DNA from: Macrostomum lignano
Taxonomy: Eukaryota
Direction of reading: 5' to 3'
Length of the DNA stretch: 64,000 nucleotides
Assembly (NCBI GenBank): GCA_002269645.1
Contig: NIVC01001832.1
Coordinates: forward strand, 168,591 to 232,590
The translations under genes were made by a program, and so were the position numbers. Every line of letters starts with the position of its first letter. Within the stretch, counting starts at the first letter, position 1. The notes beneath the pieces were generated by a model. It did no database searches and had not been told where the DNA came from. It saw only the letters and a list, made by a program, of their open reading frames with translations. Shown here one piece after another: positions 1 to 13,260 of this stretch.

Positions 1-458
1 AACAATCTGCTATTATTCGATAGAAGTTTGCAACTTCCCGAGCCTGTTGCTTCTCCAATTCGATTGCAAATTTCAAGGTTCGAACAATTCGGACAAGCAA
101 CTGATCAAACCTCCAGAAGCTGTCGCAGGGCAGAGGGTTTCGAAGCCGTTGAATAGAAAAAAGGTGGCCAGGAACTTCAAACAAAAACTGACTCACAAAA
201 AGTCACCGCCTGCAGGCAGCCCCATCTGTCGCCATTCAATTGCAGATAATTGCAGGCCTCACTGCTCCTGCCGCCACCTGAGCTGCTCCCACCTGGCTGG
301 AGACTTTGGGCGGCGAAGGTCTCTCTCTCTCTCTCCCTCTCTCTTTGAGAAGAAAAGTGGATCGCTGCACGAGTTTGATTTTCCTCCTGTCGAGCCTGAC
401 AGTTTGTCAGTTTTTCAAGCAGCGGCATTCGGGAAAAATGAAAGCTAAGAGAGGTGAT

Positions 459-916
459 AACAGCTGAGAGAAGTCATACACAGCTGAGAGAAGTCATACA
501 CAGCTGATAGAAGTCATACACAGCTGAGAGAGGTTATAACAACTAAGAGAGGTCATACACAGCTGAGAGAGGTCATACACAGCAAAGAGAGGTCATACAC
601 AGCAAAGAGAGGTCATAGGTCATACACAGCTAAGAGAGGTCATACACAGCTAAGAGAGGTCATACACAGCTGAGAGAGGTCATATACAGCTAAGAGAGGT
701 CGTACACAGCAAAGAGAGGTCATACACAGCTAAGAGAGGTGATAACAACTAAGAGAGGTCATACACAGCTGGAGAGGTCATAAACAGCTAATAGTGGTCA
801 TAAACAGCTAAGAGAGGTCATAAACAGCTAAGAGCAGTCATAAACAGCTAAGAGCAGTCATAAACAGCTAAGAGCAGTCATAAACAGCTAAGAGCAGTCA
901 TAAACAGCTAAGAGCG
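459..916. repeat. About 20-bp minisatellite (ACACAGCTAAGAGAGGTCAT) in Dlx intron 2
   Basis: Direct tandem copies. Confidence 0.9.
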
Positions 917-937
917 GTCTGCTCAAATGCTACTCAC

Positions 938-1113
938 CTGAGTCTGCGTGAGCCCCAGGCTGGCTGCCAGCTCAGCCCGCTCAGGCAATGACAGGTACTG
1001 GGTGCGCTGGAACCGCCTGCTGAGCTGCTGCAGCTGGAGGCTGGAGTAGATGGTGCGCGGCTTGCGCAATCGGCGCAGCTTCTTGTTGCCAGACGGCAGG
1101 GGCACGAGGCAGC
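938..1113 (-). CDS. Dlx: Dlx exon 2 (homeodomain helices 1-2)
   Basis: ccgcag|GC phase-1 acceptor (alternative cacag 6 nt upstream); [25 protein letters not shown]...LTQTQ; donor gtgagt. Confidence 0.92.
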
Positions 1114-1311
1114 CTGCGGCTGTGCGGCAATGGCAGGAATGTTCAGAAGCCGTATTTTGCTGAGATTTTCGGGTCAATCCAGTTTAAATGGCCATACGAG
1201 ATATAGAGACTTGATGCAGAGACAGTGCGTGAGGCTGTTTGAGATGGAATGGGAAGATGAGGAAGTGAAAGGGAGAACTGGGAAGCGGGTAGAAAGGGTG
1301 AAGGGCGGACA

Positions 1312-1925
1312 GGGCAGATGAGGGACAGACAGGGGGAGATGAGGGACAGACAGGGGGAGATGAGGGACAGACAGGGGGAGATGAGGGACGGACAGGGCAG
1401 ATGAGGGACAGGGGGAGATGAGGGACGGACAGGGCAGATGAGGGACGGACAGGGCAGATGAGGGACGGACAGGGCAGATGAGGGACGGACAGGGCAGATG
1501 AGGGACGGACAGGGCAGATGAGGGACGGACAGGGCAGATGAGGGACGGACAGGGCAGATGAGGGACGGACAGGGCAGATGAGGGACGGACAGGGCAGATG
1601 AGGGACAGACAGGGGGAGATGAGGGACAGGCAGTGGGAGATGAGGGACAGGCAGTGGGAGATGAGGGACAGGCAGTGGGAGATGAGGGACAGACAGGGCA
1701 GATGAAGGCGGGATGCAGCAGCTCAGACAGATGAAGGCGGGATGCAGCAGCTCAGACAGATGAAGGCGGGATGCAGCAGCTCAGACAGATGAAGGCGGGA
1801 TGCAGCAGCTCAGACAGATGAAGGCGGGATGCAGCAGCTCAGACAGATGAAGGCGGGATGCAGCAGCTCAGACAGATGAAGGCGGGATGCAGCAGCTCAG
1901 ACAGATGAAGGCGGGATGCAGCAGC
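1312..1925. repeat. Two adjacent minisatellites, 20 bp (GGGCAGATGAGGGACGGACA) then 29 bp, in Dlx intron 1
   Basis: Direct tandem copies. Confidence 0.9.
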
Positions 1926-1945
1926 TGTATCAGGCCTTGACTCAC

Positions 1946-2200
1946 CATCAGGCCTGGCAGCGCCGAAGCCGTGGTGGGCAGCGAAGTAAGCGGCGGCAGC
2001 GGCCTGGTCGCCACCGAAGCCGTGAGCAGCCGAGATGTAGGAGCGGCGGACCTGGCGGCGGCCGGAAATCCCTGGCCGAGTGCGGAGGAGTAGGCCGCCG
2101 CGACAGACAGGCCGCCGGGGTAGCCGCCGGCTCCGCCGCTCTGTGGCGAGAAGTCCGGACCGTCAGGCTGCTCCGGGGTGAACCTGGCGGCTGTCTGCAT
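1946..2200 (-). CDS. Dlx: Dlx exon 1 (contains an apparent 1-nt frameshift)
   Basis: ATG 2200 MQTAARF...GGYPGG...; the 3' part reads YISAAHGFGGDQAAAAAYFAAHHGFGAARPD-G in another frame; donor gtgagt at 1945. Confidence 0.6.
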
Positions 2201-2482
2201 CCCTGATTGTTGAAGATAACAGCGCAGTTGTTTCCGAGTGATCAATTGGAACCCGATAGGAGCTGTCAGTGCCAATTTACACCATTCGAATGCAGGCCAA
2301 AAGCCATGGGGGAGAAATGCAGCTCTCACTGGCAGCTGGATGCCATTGGCTCAGAAAGGTTCCCAAGTTTTTTTACGAGAGAACGAAGACAACGCTTGGG
2401 AGAATCCTTGAATACCTCCGCATCTCGCAATAACTATTTTCATCTCAATTTATGACATGTCTCATACTCTGCTGTACATCTA

Positions 2483-3587
2483 ACCTGCACTTAGCCACCT
2501 CCAAGCTACACTCAGCCACCTCCAAGCTGCACTCAACCACCTTCAAGCTGCACTCAGCCACCTCCAAGCTGCACTCAACCACCTTCAAGCTGCACTCAGC
2601 CTCCTCCCAGCTACACTCAGCTACCTCCAAGCTGCACTCAACCACCTTCAAGCTGCACTCAGCCACCTTCAAGCTGCACTCAGCCACCTTCAAGCTGCAC
2701 TCAGCCACCTTCAAGCTGCACTCAGCCACCCCCAAGCTACACTCAGCCACCTCCAAGCTACGAGCTACACTCAGCCACCTTCAAGCTGCACTCAACTGTG
2801 ATGAATTGAGATTGAGACGAAGCGATTGAATTGGCTTGAGCCGCAAGTTGTAGACAGCGTTTCTAAACTGACGCGTTGGTCCTTTATATTGTATTATAGA
2901 ACTGAGTACATGTAGTTAGGACGAACGATGTACATTGCGAAGAAGTACTGTACGCATAAATAGAAATCGATCAGTTCAGTGGAGGGGGAGGGTCTACAAT
3001 GGTAAGCTAAAATTGAGCAGCCAAGCGCACAAAGCAGTATAGTTCAAATCGGTATAAGAAAGCCAATTCCACCTTCAAGCTGCACTCAGCCACCTCCAAT
3101 CTGCACTCAACCACCTTCAAGCTGCACTCAACCACCTTCAAGCTGCACTCAGCCACCTTCAAGCTGCACTCAACCACCTTCAAGCTGCACTCAACCACCT
3201 TCAAGCTGCACTCAGCCACCTTCAAGCTGCACTCAGCCACCTCCAAGCTGCACTCAGCCACCTCCAAGCTGCACTCAGCCACCTCCAAGCTGCACTCAGC
3301 CACCTCCAAGCTGCACTCAGCCACCTCCAAGCTGCACTCAGCCACCTTCAAGCTGCACTCAGCCACCTCCAAGCTGCACTCAACCACCTCCAAGCTGCAC
3401 TCAGCCACCTCCAAGCTGCACTCAGCCACCTCCAAGCTGCACTCAGCCACCTTCAAGCTGCACTCAGCCACCTCCAAGCTACACTCAGCCACCTCCAAGC
3501 TGCACTCAGCCACCTCCAAGCTGCACTCAGCCACCTCCAAGCTGCACTCAGCCACCTTCAAGCTGCACTCAGCCACCTTCAAGCTGC
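2483..3587. repeat. 21-bp minisatellite (AGCTGCACTCAGCCACCTYCA) in two blocks, about 2483-2794 and 3068-3587
   Basis: Direct tandem copies; produces spurious LEVAECS ORFs. Confidence 0.9.
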
Positions 3588-4254
3588 AGCGAATCCAACC
3601 AAGCCAATTTTCATGTTACTTGGACTCAAATGCTAAAAGCAAACAATTTTCCCTGAAAGGGGTCAAAGCAGCGAGCTGCGAGGCTTGGCATTAGATGTCA
3701 TGCGGGCTTTCTGGCTGGACGAGGGGCGGGGGGGGTTGCAGTGTAGGCTCCGTTCCCTCGCCCGCCTCGCTCTATTAATTACCGACTTCCTCTTCCGCGC
3801 TTGGCGTGGAGAGGGCCACCTCCTGTCCAACCCCAACCCCTCGACTTCCCTTTTGACTTTTCTCCACTGTCTTTTATTTCTGCTTCTCCTCTTGTGCATT
3901 CGGACAAGCCGCCTTCGACAAACTACAAAGACCAAGGTTGGGTAATTATCTGATGCCAGCAGCCCTAGAAACAGCTGCAATTACCCCCCCCCTTATCCTC
4001 CCGTTCCCCGGCCCCAGATTTCTGTTCTGCTGCTGCCGCCCCCGGCAAATTCAAAAGCTGCGCCTCATTTCCGATTCCAGCAGCAGCTTTCACAAGTTTT
4101 TTATTTTAATTTAAACAACATCTTTTATGGTGGAGTTGCAATTAGCTTGTCTGTTGACAATTTTCACTCAGTCATTAAATTATAATTAACTCTTTTTGCC
4201 AGACAGCGAGACAGAAATTACTGCACTCAGGAGAAACGTGAAAGTGAAAAGAAA

Positions 4255-4770
4255 AGGGGAGTGAGAGTGAAGGCAACTGAGAGAGTGAAGGGGAGTGAGA
4301 GTGAAGGCAACTGAGAGAGTGAAGGGGAGTGAGAGTGAAGGGGAGTGAGAGTGAAGGGGAGTGAGAGTGAAGGCAACTGAGAGAGTGAAGGGGAATGAGA
4401 GTGAAGGGGAGTGAGAGTGAAGGGGAGTGAGAGTGAAGGCAACTGAGAGAGTGAAGGGGAGTGAGAGTGAAGGGGACTGGGAGTGAAGGGGAGTGAGAGT
4501 GAAGGGGAGTGAGAGTGAAGGGGAGTGAGAGTGAAGGGGAGTGAGAGTGAAGGGGAGTGAGAGTGAAGGGGAGTGAGAGTGAAGGGGAGTGAGAGTGAAG
4601 GGGAGTGAGAGTGAAGGGGAGTGAGAGTGAAACGGACTGAGAGTAAAGGGGAGTGAGAGTGAAGGGGAGTGAGAGTGAAGGGGACTGAGAGTGAAGGGGA
4701 GTGAGAGTGAAGGGGAGTGAGAGTGAAGGGGAGTGAGAGTGAAGGGGAGTGAGAGTGAAGGGGAGTGAGA
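4255..4770. repeat. 16-bp purine-rich minisatellite (GAGAGTGAAGGGGAGT)
   Basis: Direct tandem copies. Confidence 0.9.
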
Positions 4771-5166
4771 GTTAACTTGCAGTTCCACCCAACTGGGCTG
4801 ACAGTAAATTAAAGCAGAAATCCTTACAAGCTTAGATTTGATTCATTTTTAATTGAACAATATATTTACTTAGACATGTCACAATCATTTTTTCATCCCC
4901 CAAATTCGCACACAGGTAAGTAACGGTATAATTAAGTAAATAATTATAATAAAATAGTAATTTAATCGATACGTAAATGCACTAGAATGGCTACGCAGCA
5001 GGACGAACAAGCAAAGCAAACACTGCCAGTGGGAGAGCTTTCAAGTTTCTATCAAATTCGCAAAAAATAGTTTAATCTGGTTTTTTAAGCATTTAAACAG
5101 CAATAAACAGCCACTTTATGCTACTAAGAGTAGAAAGCAGCAGTTTTTCGCGCAATGAGAGGAGTC

Positions 5167-6366
<1,200 letters not shown>

Positions 6367-7014
6367 TTAATTAGATTTAATTGGCAACCCAATAGATAAG
6401 AGAGAGTGGCAACCTAATGGATAAGAGAGAATGGGAACCCAATGGATAAGGAGCGGCAACCTAATGGATAAGGAGTGGCAACTCAATGGATAAGGAGCGG
6501 CAACCCAATGGATAAGGAGTGGCAACCAAATAGATAAGAGAGAGTGGCAACCCAATGGATAAGGAGCAGCAACCCGATGGATAAGAGAGAATGGCAATCC
6601 AATGGATAAGGAGCAGCAACCCGATGGATAAGAGAGAATGGCAATCCAATGGATAAGGAGCGGCAACCTAATGGATAAGAGTGGCAACCCAATGGATAAG
6701 AGAGAGTGGCAACCCAATGGATAAGGAGTGGCAACCAAATAGATAAGAGAGAATGGCAATCCAATGGATAAGGAGCAGCAACCTAATGGATAAGGAGTGG
6801 CAACTCAATGGATAAGGAGCGGCAACCCAATGGATAAGGAGTGGCAACACACTGGATAAGGAGTGGCAACCAAATAGATAAGAGAGAGTGGCAACCCAAT
6901 GGATAAGAGAGAATGGGAACCCAATGGATAAGGAGCGGCAACCTAATGGATAAGGAGTGGCAACTCAATGTATAAGGAGCGGCAACCCAATGGATAAGGA
7001 GTGGCAACCCAATG

Positions 7015-9984
7015 CACGCCTATGCAGAAGCTGAAAAATGGGGAAAGAAAATTCCCAAAGAAACTGATGCTTTTCCCAGCCCCAATGACCTATGCAGATT
7101 TCAAAAACAGTGTCAGACAAATCTAATCGCCTTGTCAAAAATGGTAATATGAATTTTTTATATTATATGCAAATTACATGTAATATGATAGGTATTTAAG
7201 GCGAAACCCATCGATAATATTAATGTTAATATAAGTTCGTAGTTTTAATATTAATTTTAATCATTAAAGGAACGTGCAACTGTATTAGTATTAATATTAT
7301 AAAATGAGAACCATGCACTTATTATTGCTAATGTCCGTATGGAATAAAGTGTGCATGGATATTAAGTACACAAGCTAAATCCTAGAAATCTTTGCAGGCA
7401 TGAAAATGCTTGACATCAAATATGGCTGGAATTGTAGCTAACAACTGCGCGCAGCAGGCATTCTGCATACTGCACATGCCCCAGAGGCCTGCGAAACCGC
7501 TGCCACGTCGAACGAAAGTCGCTGTGTGCAGACTCGACTGCCTGCTCACTGAAGGTCCCAAGGCCTGAGTTGAATCGCTCGCAGAACTCCGGAACATGGT
7601 GGAAAAGGGCGTGCATCTTAGGTGTCGGCACCAGCTTCAGTTCAGCGCAGCAGGATTCCAGCTGGGCAATCTTCTGGCAAAAGTCGCTCATCAGCTGTTG
7701 CCCAAAGCATGCTTGGCGAACAGCATCGAATGCCATGAGAGCAGACGCATAGCCCTGGAGCCTTGATGGCAGGTTGCTCTTGAGCTCTTGAGCTTTAAGC
7801 AGCAATCTGACACACGCAGGGCCTTCCAGACACCCGCCGTGGTACTGCTCGCGACAGATTCCAGCTGAATGCGCCCACTTGTATGCCTTGTCGTCGCCCC
7901 AAGCTGAGTTCAGCTGATCGAGCAGTTTGTTGGTCACACCAAGCATGATGTGCAGCTCTGGTGATGGCACGAGGTCCAGCATTGGCGTAGAATCAGCCCC
8001 AGGGAGAAGAGGCTGTCTGACACAGCTTGCGTAGTTTCTTGCCAGTCGCTGGCAGCTACCAGCAGCCTCGAATGCCGTGGCCATCCGACGAATGGATCCA
8101 AGGGTTCTTATGGAACCGGCAACTTGCCACGGCGCCTGCCCCTCACAGTAGAGACAAGGATGAGCTGCGGCATGACTTTGAAGGCCACACAGGATGTTGG
8201 CTAGCTTGAAGTCGCAAGCGACTGTGAACTTAATCGATGTCAAGTCTAGCTCATCTAGAAGTGCTCGCACATTTGCATAGTTCTCCTGGACATCCTCAGC
8301 AATCGCGATGATAAACAGTTTTTTTACGCCAAAGATGCTTATTCGCGACTCCCTGCTCAGCTTCTTAGGTGTGGACTCTGCCTGTGGTTCGGTAGGCAGT
8401 ACTGGGGCGACACTAAGGCAGATTTTTAGCGAGCCACCACCTCCGTCCATCCCCAGCTTCAATCTCACATCGAACTCACTAAATCCTCGCTTTGAGCAAA
8501 TGAAGCTCAGCAGGCCCTGCAGATCGGGGCATATGACGGAACATCTTGTGGTATCAGTAAAGCTGCCACCTGAGGACTTTTGAGTGAATTTGAGCTGCCG
8601 CATCTCAAAAAAACTCTCCGCGATGCTGCCTGCGGCTGCCAGAGCTGCCCGCAGTCCGGGTTGCACGGCCTTACGACTGCCCTCCGCCTGCCTGATAATT
8701 GTGGCTGCCATGTTTGTCTGCCGGTCACTCAGATTGAGAGATGTCTTTAACGTTACTAGTGTCTCGGTCCTCAGCGCTCTCTGCTCATTTGAATCACTTG
8801 CATGCCTCAGCTGCATTGGTGGGCCACCGGTGGCGCTGGAAATAGAAGCCGTTGATCCATGTCCTGATGCTGCTGCTGCTCTTAGCTTTTCACGCATCAC
8901 GTCATGAGCGATGTGCTCTTTTGATGTAGGGCTGAGCGTGCGCAGGTACTGCAACTTGCTGGAGACGCTGCACTCGTGCCTTAGGCCTTTGCCCACAAGT
9001 GAGTGGCACCTAGTGCAGCGCTTCTCCGAGTCTCTGTCCTGGCTTCGAGTTGTTTCTGCAGGTCGTCCTTGGGGCAATTTATGGTTGGCCCGGCTGCTGT
9101 CAGACATGTATGGGTGCCAGACCGCCACCCGCTTGTTTGATGGGCTGGAAACTACCTGGCAGATACAGCAGGAGCAGTGCGGATGCTCACGTGTGAGTTG
9201 TGGCAAAACCTCCAAATCTGCAACAATTTGAAGGTATGGCAGTCGAGCAGGCAGTTCTTGCGGTACAGGTGACGTCTGTGACTGCAATTTCTTGCTGCAG
9301 CAGCTGCACATGCCTCCTGGCAGAGTATTACGGATGTAGGCATGACAGAATTCTGGCAGGATAAATTGCTCGATGAGTTCGGCCTGAGCAGCTGAAATAA
9401 CGCGATCGGCTTTGCGGAAGCAGAGGATGCAGCACCAGATACGATTCTCTTCATGTGTGCGTCGAAAGTTTGGCATCGCGAGGCCAGAGAACTGATTTGA
9501 GTACTGAGGGTAATTGTTTCAATTGACTGCAACTTTATTTTCAAAGGAAGTCTGCGTGTTAGCAAACTTGTGATAAGAGGCATGTTCTACTTTATGAATG
9601 TACATAGTCTGTTCATTGTTTCTCAATCCCTTAATCACAATAGATCTCAATAAATATGTACATTTGAGTTGTCTGCCAAAATTTCTATCTAATAATGTAC
9701 AGCATTTTATGACGCCCTTAAATTTATGCTCTAAACTTTGCAATTGATGCCTGCTCTTGTTACGCAATTGTTTTCACTACTTGCAATGGCGCAACTGACG
9801 AATCTAATACTGAACATGCAGCTGAGAACACATAATTTCAATTTTCCATTCTATTATTTTTGGACAAGGCGATTAGATTTGTCTGACACTGTTTTTAAAA
9901 TCTGCATAGGTCATTGGGGCTGGGAAAAGCATCAGTTTCTTAGGGAATTTTCTTTCCCCATTTTTCAGCTTCTGCATAGGCGTG
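7015..9984 (-). mobile_element. Chapaev-type (CMC superfamily, RAG1/Transib-related) DNA transposon, apparently autonomous
   Basis: 122-bp TIRs 7015-7136 and 9863-9984 (2 mismatches) starting CACGCC; TSD AATG at 7011-7014 and 9985-9988; single 686-aa transposase ORF. Confidence 0.9.
7416..9476 (-). CDS. DDE transposase, 686 aa, N-terminal Cys/His zinc-finger region
   Basis: H-x7-C-x2-C N-terminus; GMDGGGG (D), ACDFKL (D), SEQAVES (E); CLYC and KMHALFHHVPE motifs resembling the RAG1-core ZnC2/ZnH2 ligands. Confidence 0.9.
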   Translation of the reverse strand: MPNFRRTHEENRIWCCILCFRKADRVISAAQAELIEQFILPEFCHAYIRNTLPGGMCSCCSKKLQSQTSPVPQELPARLPYLQIVADLEVLPQLTREHPHCSCCICQVVSSPSNKRVAVWHPYMSDSSRANHKLPQGRPAETTRSQDRDSEKRCTRCHSLVGKGLRHECSVSSKLQYLRTLSPTSKEHIAHDVMREKLRAAAASGHGSTASISSATGGPPMQLRHASDSNEQRALRTETLVTLKTSLNLSDRQTNMAATIIRQAEGSRKAVQPGLRAALAAAGSIAESFFEMRQLKFTQKSSGGSFTDTTRCSVICPDLQGLLSFICSKRGFSEFDVRLKLGMDGGGGSLKICLSVAPVLPTEPQAESTPKKLSRESRISIFGVKKLFIIAIAEDVQENYANVRALLDELDLTSIKFTVACDFKLANILCGLQSHAAAHPCLYCEGQAPWQVAGSIRTLGSIRRMATAFEAAGSCQRLARNYASCVRQPLLPGADSTPMLDLVPSPELHIMLGVTNKLLDQLNSAWGDDKAYKWAHSAGICREQYHGGCLEGPACVRLLLKAQELKSNLPSRLQGYASALMAFDAVRQACFGQQLMSDFCQKIAQLESCCAELKLVPTPKMHALFHHVPEFCERFNSGLGTFSEQAVESAHSDFRSTWQRFRRPLGHVQYAECLLRAVVSYNSSHI

Positions 9985-11016
9985 AATGGATAAGGAGTGG
10001 CAACCCAATGGATAAGGAGTGGCAACCCAATGGATAAGGAGTGGCAACCAAATAGATAAGAGAGAGTGGCAACCCAATGGATAAGGAGCAGCAACCCGAT
10101 GGATAAGAGAGAATGGCAATCCAATGGAAAAGGAGCGGCAACCTAATGGATAAGAGAGAATGGCAACCCAATGGATAAGAGAGAATGGCAACCCAATGGA
10201 TAAGGAGCGGCAACCTAATGGATAAGAGTGGCAACCCAATGGATAAGGAGTGGCAACCCAATGGATAAGGAGTGGCAACCAAATAGATAAGAGAGAATGG
10301 CAACCCAATGGATAAGGAGCGGCAACCTAATGGATAAGGAGTGGCAACCCAGTGGATAAGAGTGGCAACCTAATGGATAAGGAGTGGCAACCCAGTGGAT
10401 AAGAGTGGCAACCTAATGGATAAGGAGTGGCAACCCAGTGGATAAGAGTGGCAACCGAATGGATAAAGGGGAGTCCTATTAGACATAAGCCCGCTGATAA
10501 TACTTTGGGACTGATACAAATGGACCGATTGAACTTAATGGAACAGGAACTGTCCCGCGCGCTCTCTTTGTGGCGCCCCAGCCCCGACTATCTTTCTAAC
10601 TGTTCACAGGAAGCTCAAGAAGCCAATTTAATAATAGTTGCCAGGTGGCAAACTTGAGACGCCATTGTGTTGACAGGAAGCAAGGTAGAGGGACGCAGAG
10701 AGAAGAGACTTTCCAAGTAAATTAAGTTCCTCATAAACTCTAGTAGGACTTCAAGTCGGTCAAGTCGTGCAGGCTGATTAGTTCAAACTACTAAGGACAA
10801 TCTAATGCAGTAGTTTTTGTTAATATAAAATGATTTGTATAGTAAATATGAACTTATAAATCCAGGATAAACCTGACATCCTGTCGTCATCCCTCGAATG
10901 ATTTAAACATTCTCCCCTCGGTAACAAATTTTCTAATCGTAATCTACTTTTTTCCCTTTTTACTCTCACCTGATTCAAAATCAACAGGAAGGGCGCAGCA
11001 CCTGTCATCCGCTCAC

Positions 11017-11149
11017 CTGTCTCCGACAGAATCTCCGGGGCGACGTAGGTTGGCGTGCCGCAAACAGTAAAGATTGCCTCTTCAACCTCCATTGCCAGGC
11101 CGAAGTCGCCGAGCTTTAAACTGATCTTGTTGTCTTTGCTGCGGTACAC
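11017..11149 (-). CDS. DCLK: DCLK exon 4 (DFG to APE)
   Basis: ttgcag|[45 protein letters not shown]|gtgagc. Confidence 0.93.
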
Positions 11150-11154
11150 CTGCA

Positions 11155-11600
11155 AATTATCAGAGACTATTAGTGCAGTCGGGAGCCTCCCAGGATAATC
11201 AGAGACAAATCAGTGCAGTCGGGAGCCTCCCAGGATAATCAGAGACTATCAGTGCAGTCGGGAGCCTCCCAGGATAATCAGAGACAAATCAGTGCAGTCG
11301 GGAGCCTCCCAGGATAATCAGAGACAAATCATTGCAGCCGGGAGCCTCCCAGGATAATCAGAGACAAATCAGTGCAGTCGGGAGCCTCCCAGGATAATCA
11401 GAGACTATTAGTGCAGTCGGGAGCCTCCCAGGATAATCAGAGACAAATCAGTGCAGTCGGGAGCCTCCCAGGATAATCAGAGACAAATCATTGCAGCCGG
11501 GAGCCTCCCAGGATAATCAGAGACTATCAGTACAGTCGGGAGCCTCCCAGGATAATCAGAGACTATCAGTGCAGTCGGGAGCCCTCTTGGATAGTCAGAG
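11155..11600. repeat. 39-40-bp minisatellite abutting the DCLK exon 4 acceptor
   Basis: About 11 copies; each carries GGGAGCCTCCC. Confidence 0.9.
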
Positions 11601-12279
11601 ACTTACCCAGGAAAGTCTTTCCTCCTACTCTCATTAAGGGCGTGGAATTCAATGACTACAAAGAGAGTAGCTGATATTTGCCAAGAGAATTTTCTACGAG
11701 CCTCACGGGTAGGCCCGAGGCTCCGACCCGATGAATTTTGCTCTGGTTGCTATTGGAAACTGTGAAGTTAACAAACTCAAAGGGAGAGGCGGTGGGTAGG
11801 CAGATCTTTTGCTACAAAGCAGCAGCCGGGAGAGGCTGAGGGACGGAGAGGGGAAACGGGAATGGGTAATGATGTGAAGTAGTTTGGTAGCTGAACTTCC
11901 GCGGGCACTGCTTGAATGGGAAAATGAGTGTGAGGGGAGAGAGGGTCCGAGAAAGAAAGCACCCGGAGAGGCAACGCAGGTATGGAAGCCAGAAAACGGA
12001 GGGATTCTGCGTGGAAAAGAGCTAGCCTGCGGATGCAAGTCTGGGAAACAATAGACTTCCTCTAACCCCCACTACCTAGAAGGCAGACTCAAAGACATTG
12101 CGGGGGCAATGGCACGCTCCTTTAGCAACGCTCTGTCGCCTTGCTATCGGCCGACTCAGAGGAAAAACTTCCAAGACTAGGGAAGAAGCCGCAATTGCTT
12201 CTGCGTACACACTTCTGCGCCTTCTCAGCCACTGCCCAAATCCCCAATCAGTGCCAGCTGATGCCACTGTCCAGCTCAC

Positions 12280-13229
12280 CAGCAGGTTCTCCGGCTTCAA
12301 GTCACGATGGACAATCCGCCTGCTGTGCAGATAGTGCAGCGCCCCGGCGATGTCCGCCACCATGCTGGAGGCCTGGATCTCGTTGAACTTCACCACCTGG
12401 CTAATCGCGTCGAACAGGTCGCCGCCTTTGACGAGCTCCATGATGAGGTAGATCTCGGCTTTGGTCTCGTACTCATCGACGAGGCGCACAATGTTGGGGT
12501 GCCGGCAGAGCCGCATGATTCGCACCTCGTTCAGCACCATGTGCTCCTTGCCGCGCAGTTTCTTCTTGTCGATCACCTTGGCCGCGTACTCGTTGCCGCT
12601 GTCCCGCTTGACGCAGGCGCGCACCACGGCGAAATTGCCGTCGCCCAGAGTCCGTCCGAGGTCGTACCGTTCAAATACGTAGCGCGTGGACGAGATTGGC
12701 CGAATCAGTGGCCGCTTGCGGTCGGTTGGTGCCGCTGCCTCGGCTGTCGACTCTTTCGGCTCGGACGCCTCAGGTTCGGCGGCGGCGGCAGCGGTGACGG
12801 TGGCCTCGGCAGCCGCTTCAGCAGCCGCCTCCTCGTGAACTGGCGAAAGCGGAACCGCTGGGACCCCCGACTCTGACGCATCGTCATCAGCGTCCTCTTG
12901 CGCGGCGGAAGCTACACGGGGCAGCACCACGGGCTCCAGCTGCGGCGGCTCGCCCTCCTGCGGCGGCGGTTTCTCAGCGTCGGTGGCTTTCTCAGCGTTC
13001 GCCTCCTCAGCCGGCTCCGCGCTGGCGCGGCTCGCCCCGATCGGAGGCAGCACGGCGTGGGCCCTCGGCAGTTCGCGCTTCGCCGAAGCCGCTTCTGCCG
13101 CCGCCTCGGCCGCCGCCTGGCGCTCCCGAGCCCGACGCTCCGCTTCGGCGAGCGCCTCGGCCAGGGCGGCCGCCTCCGAGGCTTCCACGTCGGCGGAGTT
13201 GCGCAACAGCGGCAGCGGCTGGTGGCGCT

Positions 13230-13260
<31 letters not shown>

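Larger units (their letters stand above)
938..2200 (-). other. Dlx: Distal-less/Dlx homeobox gene, partial span (exon 3 with VKIWFQNRR is outside the window, left of base 1)
   Basis: Homeodomain [43 protein letters not shown] ends at CAG|GTGAGT, the usual Dlx intron position. Confidence 0.93.
6385..10460. repeat. 20-24-bp minisatellite (GGCAACCCAATGGATAAGGAGT) interrupted by the Chapaev element
   Basis: The array resumes in register after the TSD. Confidence 0.92.

Noticed and set aside
177-448. ORFs 177-428 and 47-448 as Dlx exon 3 or a separate gene
   Set aside because: No VKIWFQNRR in the frames examined and no recognisable domain; probably intronic
2445-3582. LEVAECS heptad ORFs resembling coiled-coil proteins
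   Set aside because: Translations of a 21-bp minisatellite; the same applies to the repeat ORFs near 34 kb, 38-45 kb, 52 kb, 55.8 kb, 57.6 kb and 59 kb
7015-9984. ProtoRAG (RAG1-like + RAG2-like) transposon or true RSS ends
   Set aside because: Only one ORF and no room for RAG2; the TSD is 4 bp, not 5; the TIR resembles an RSS only by CAC and an A-run, with no ACAAAAACC nonamer
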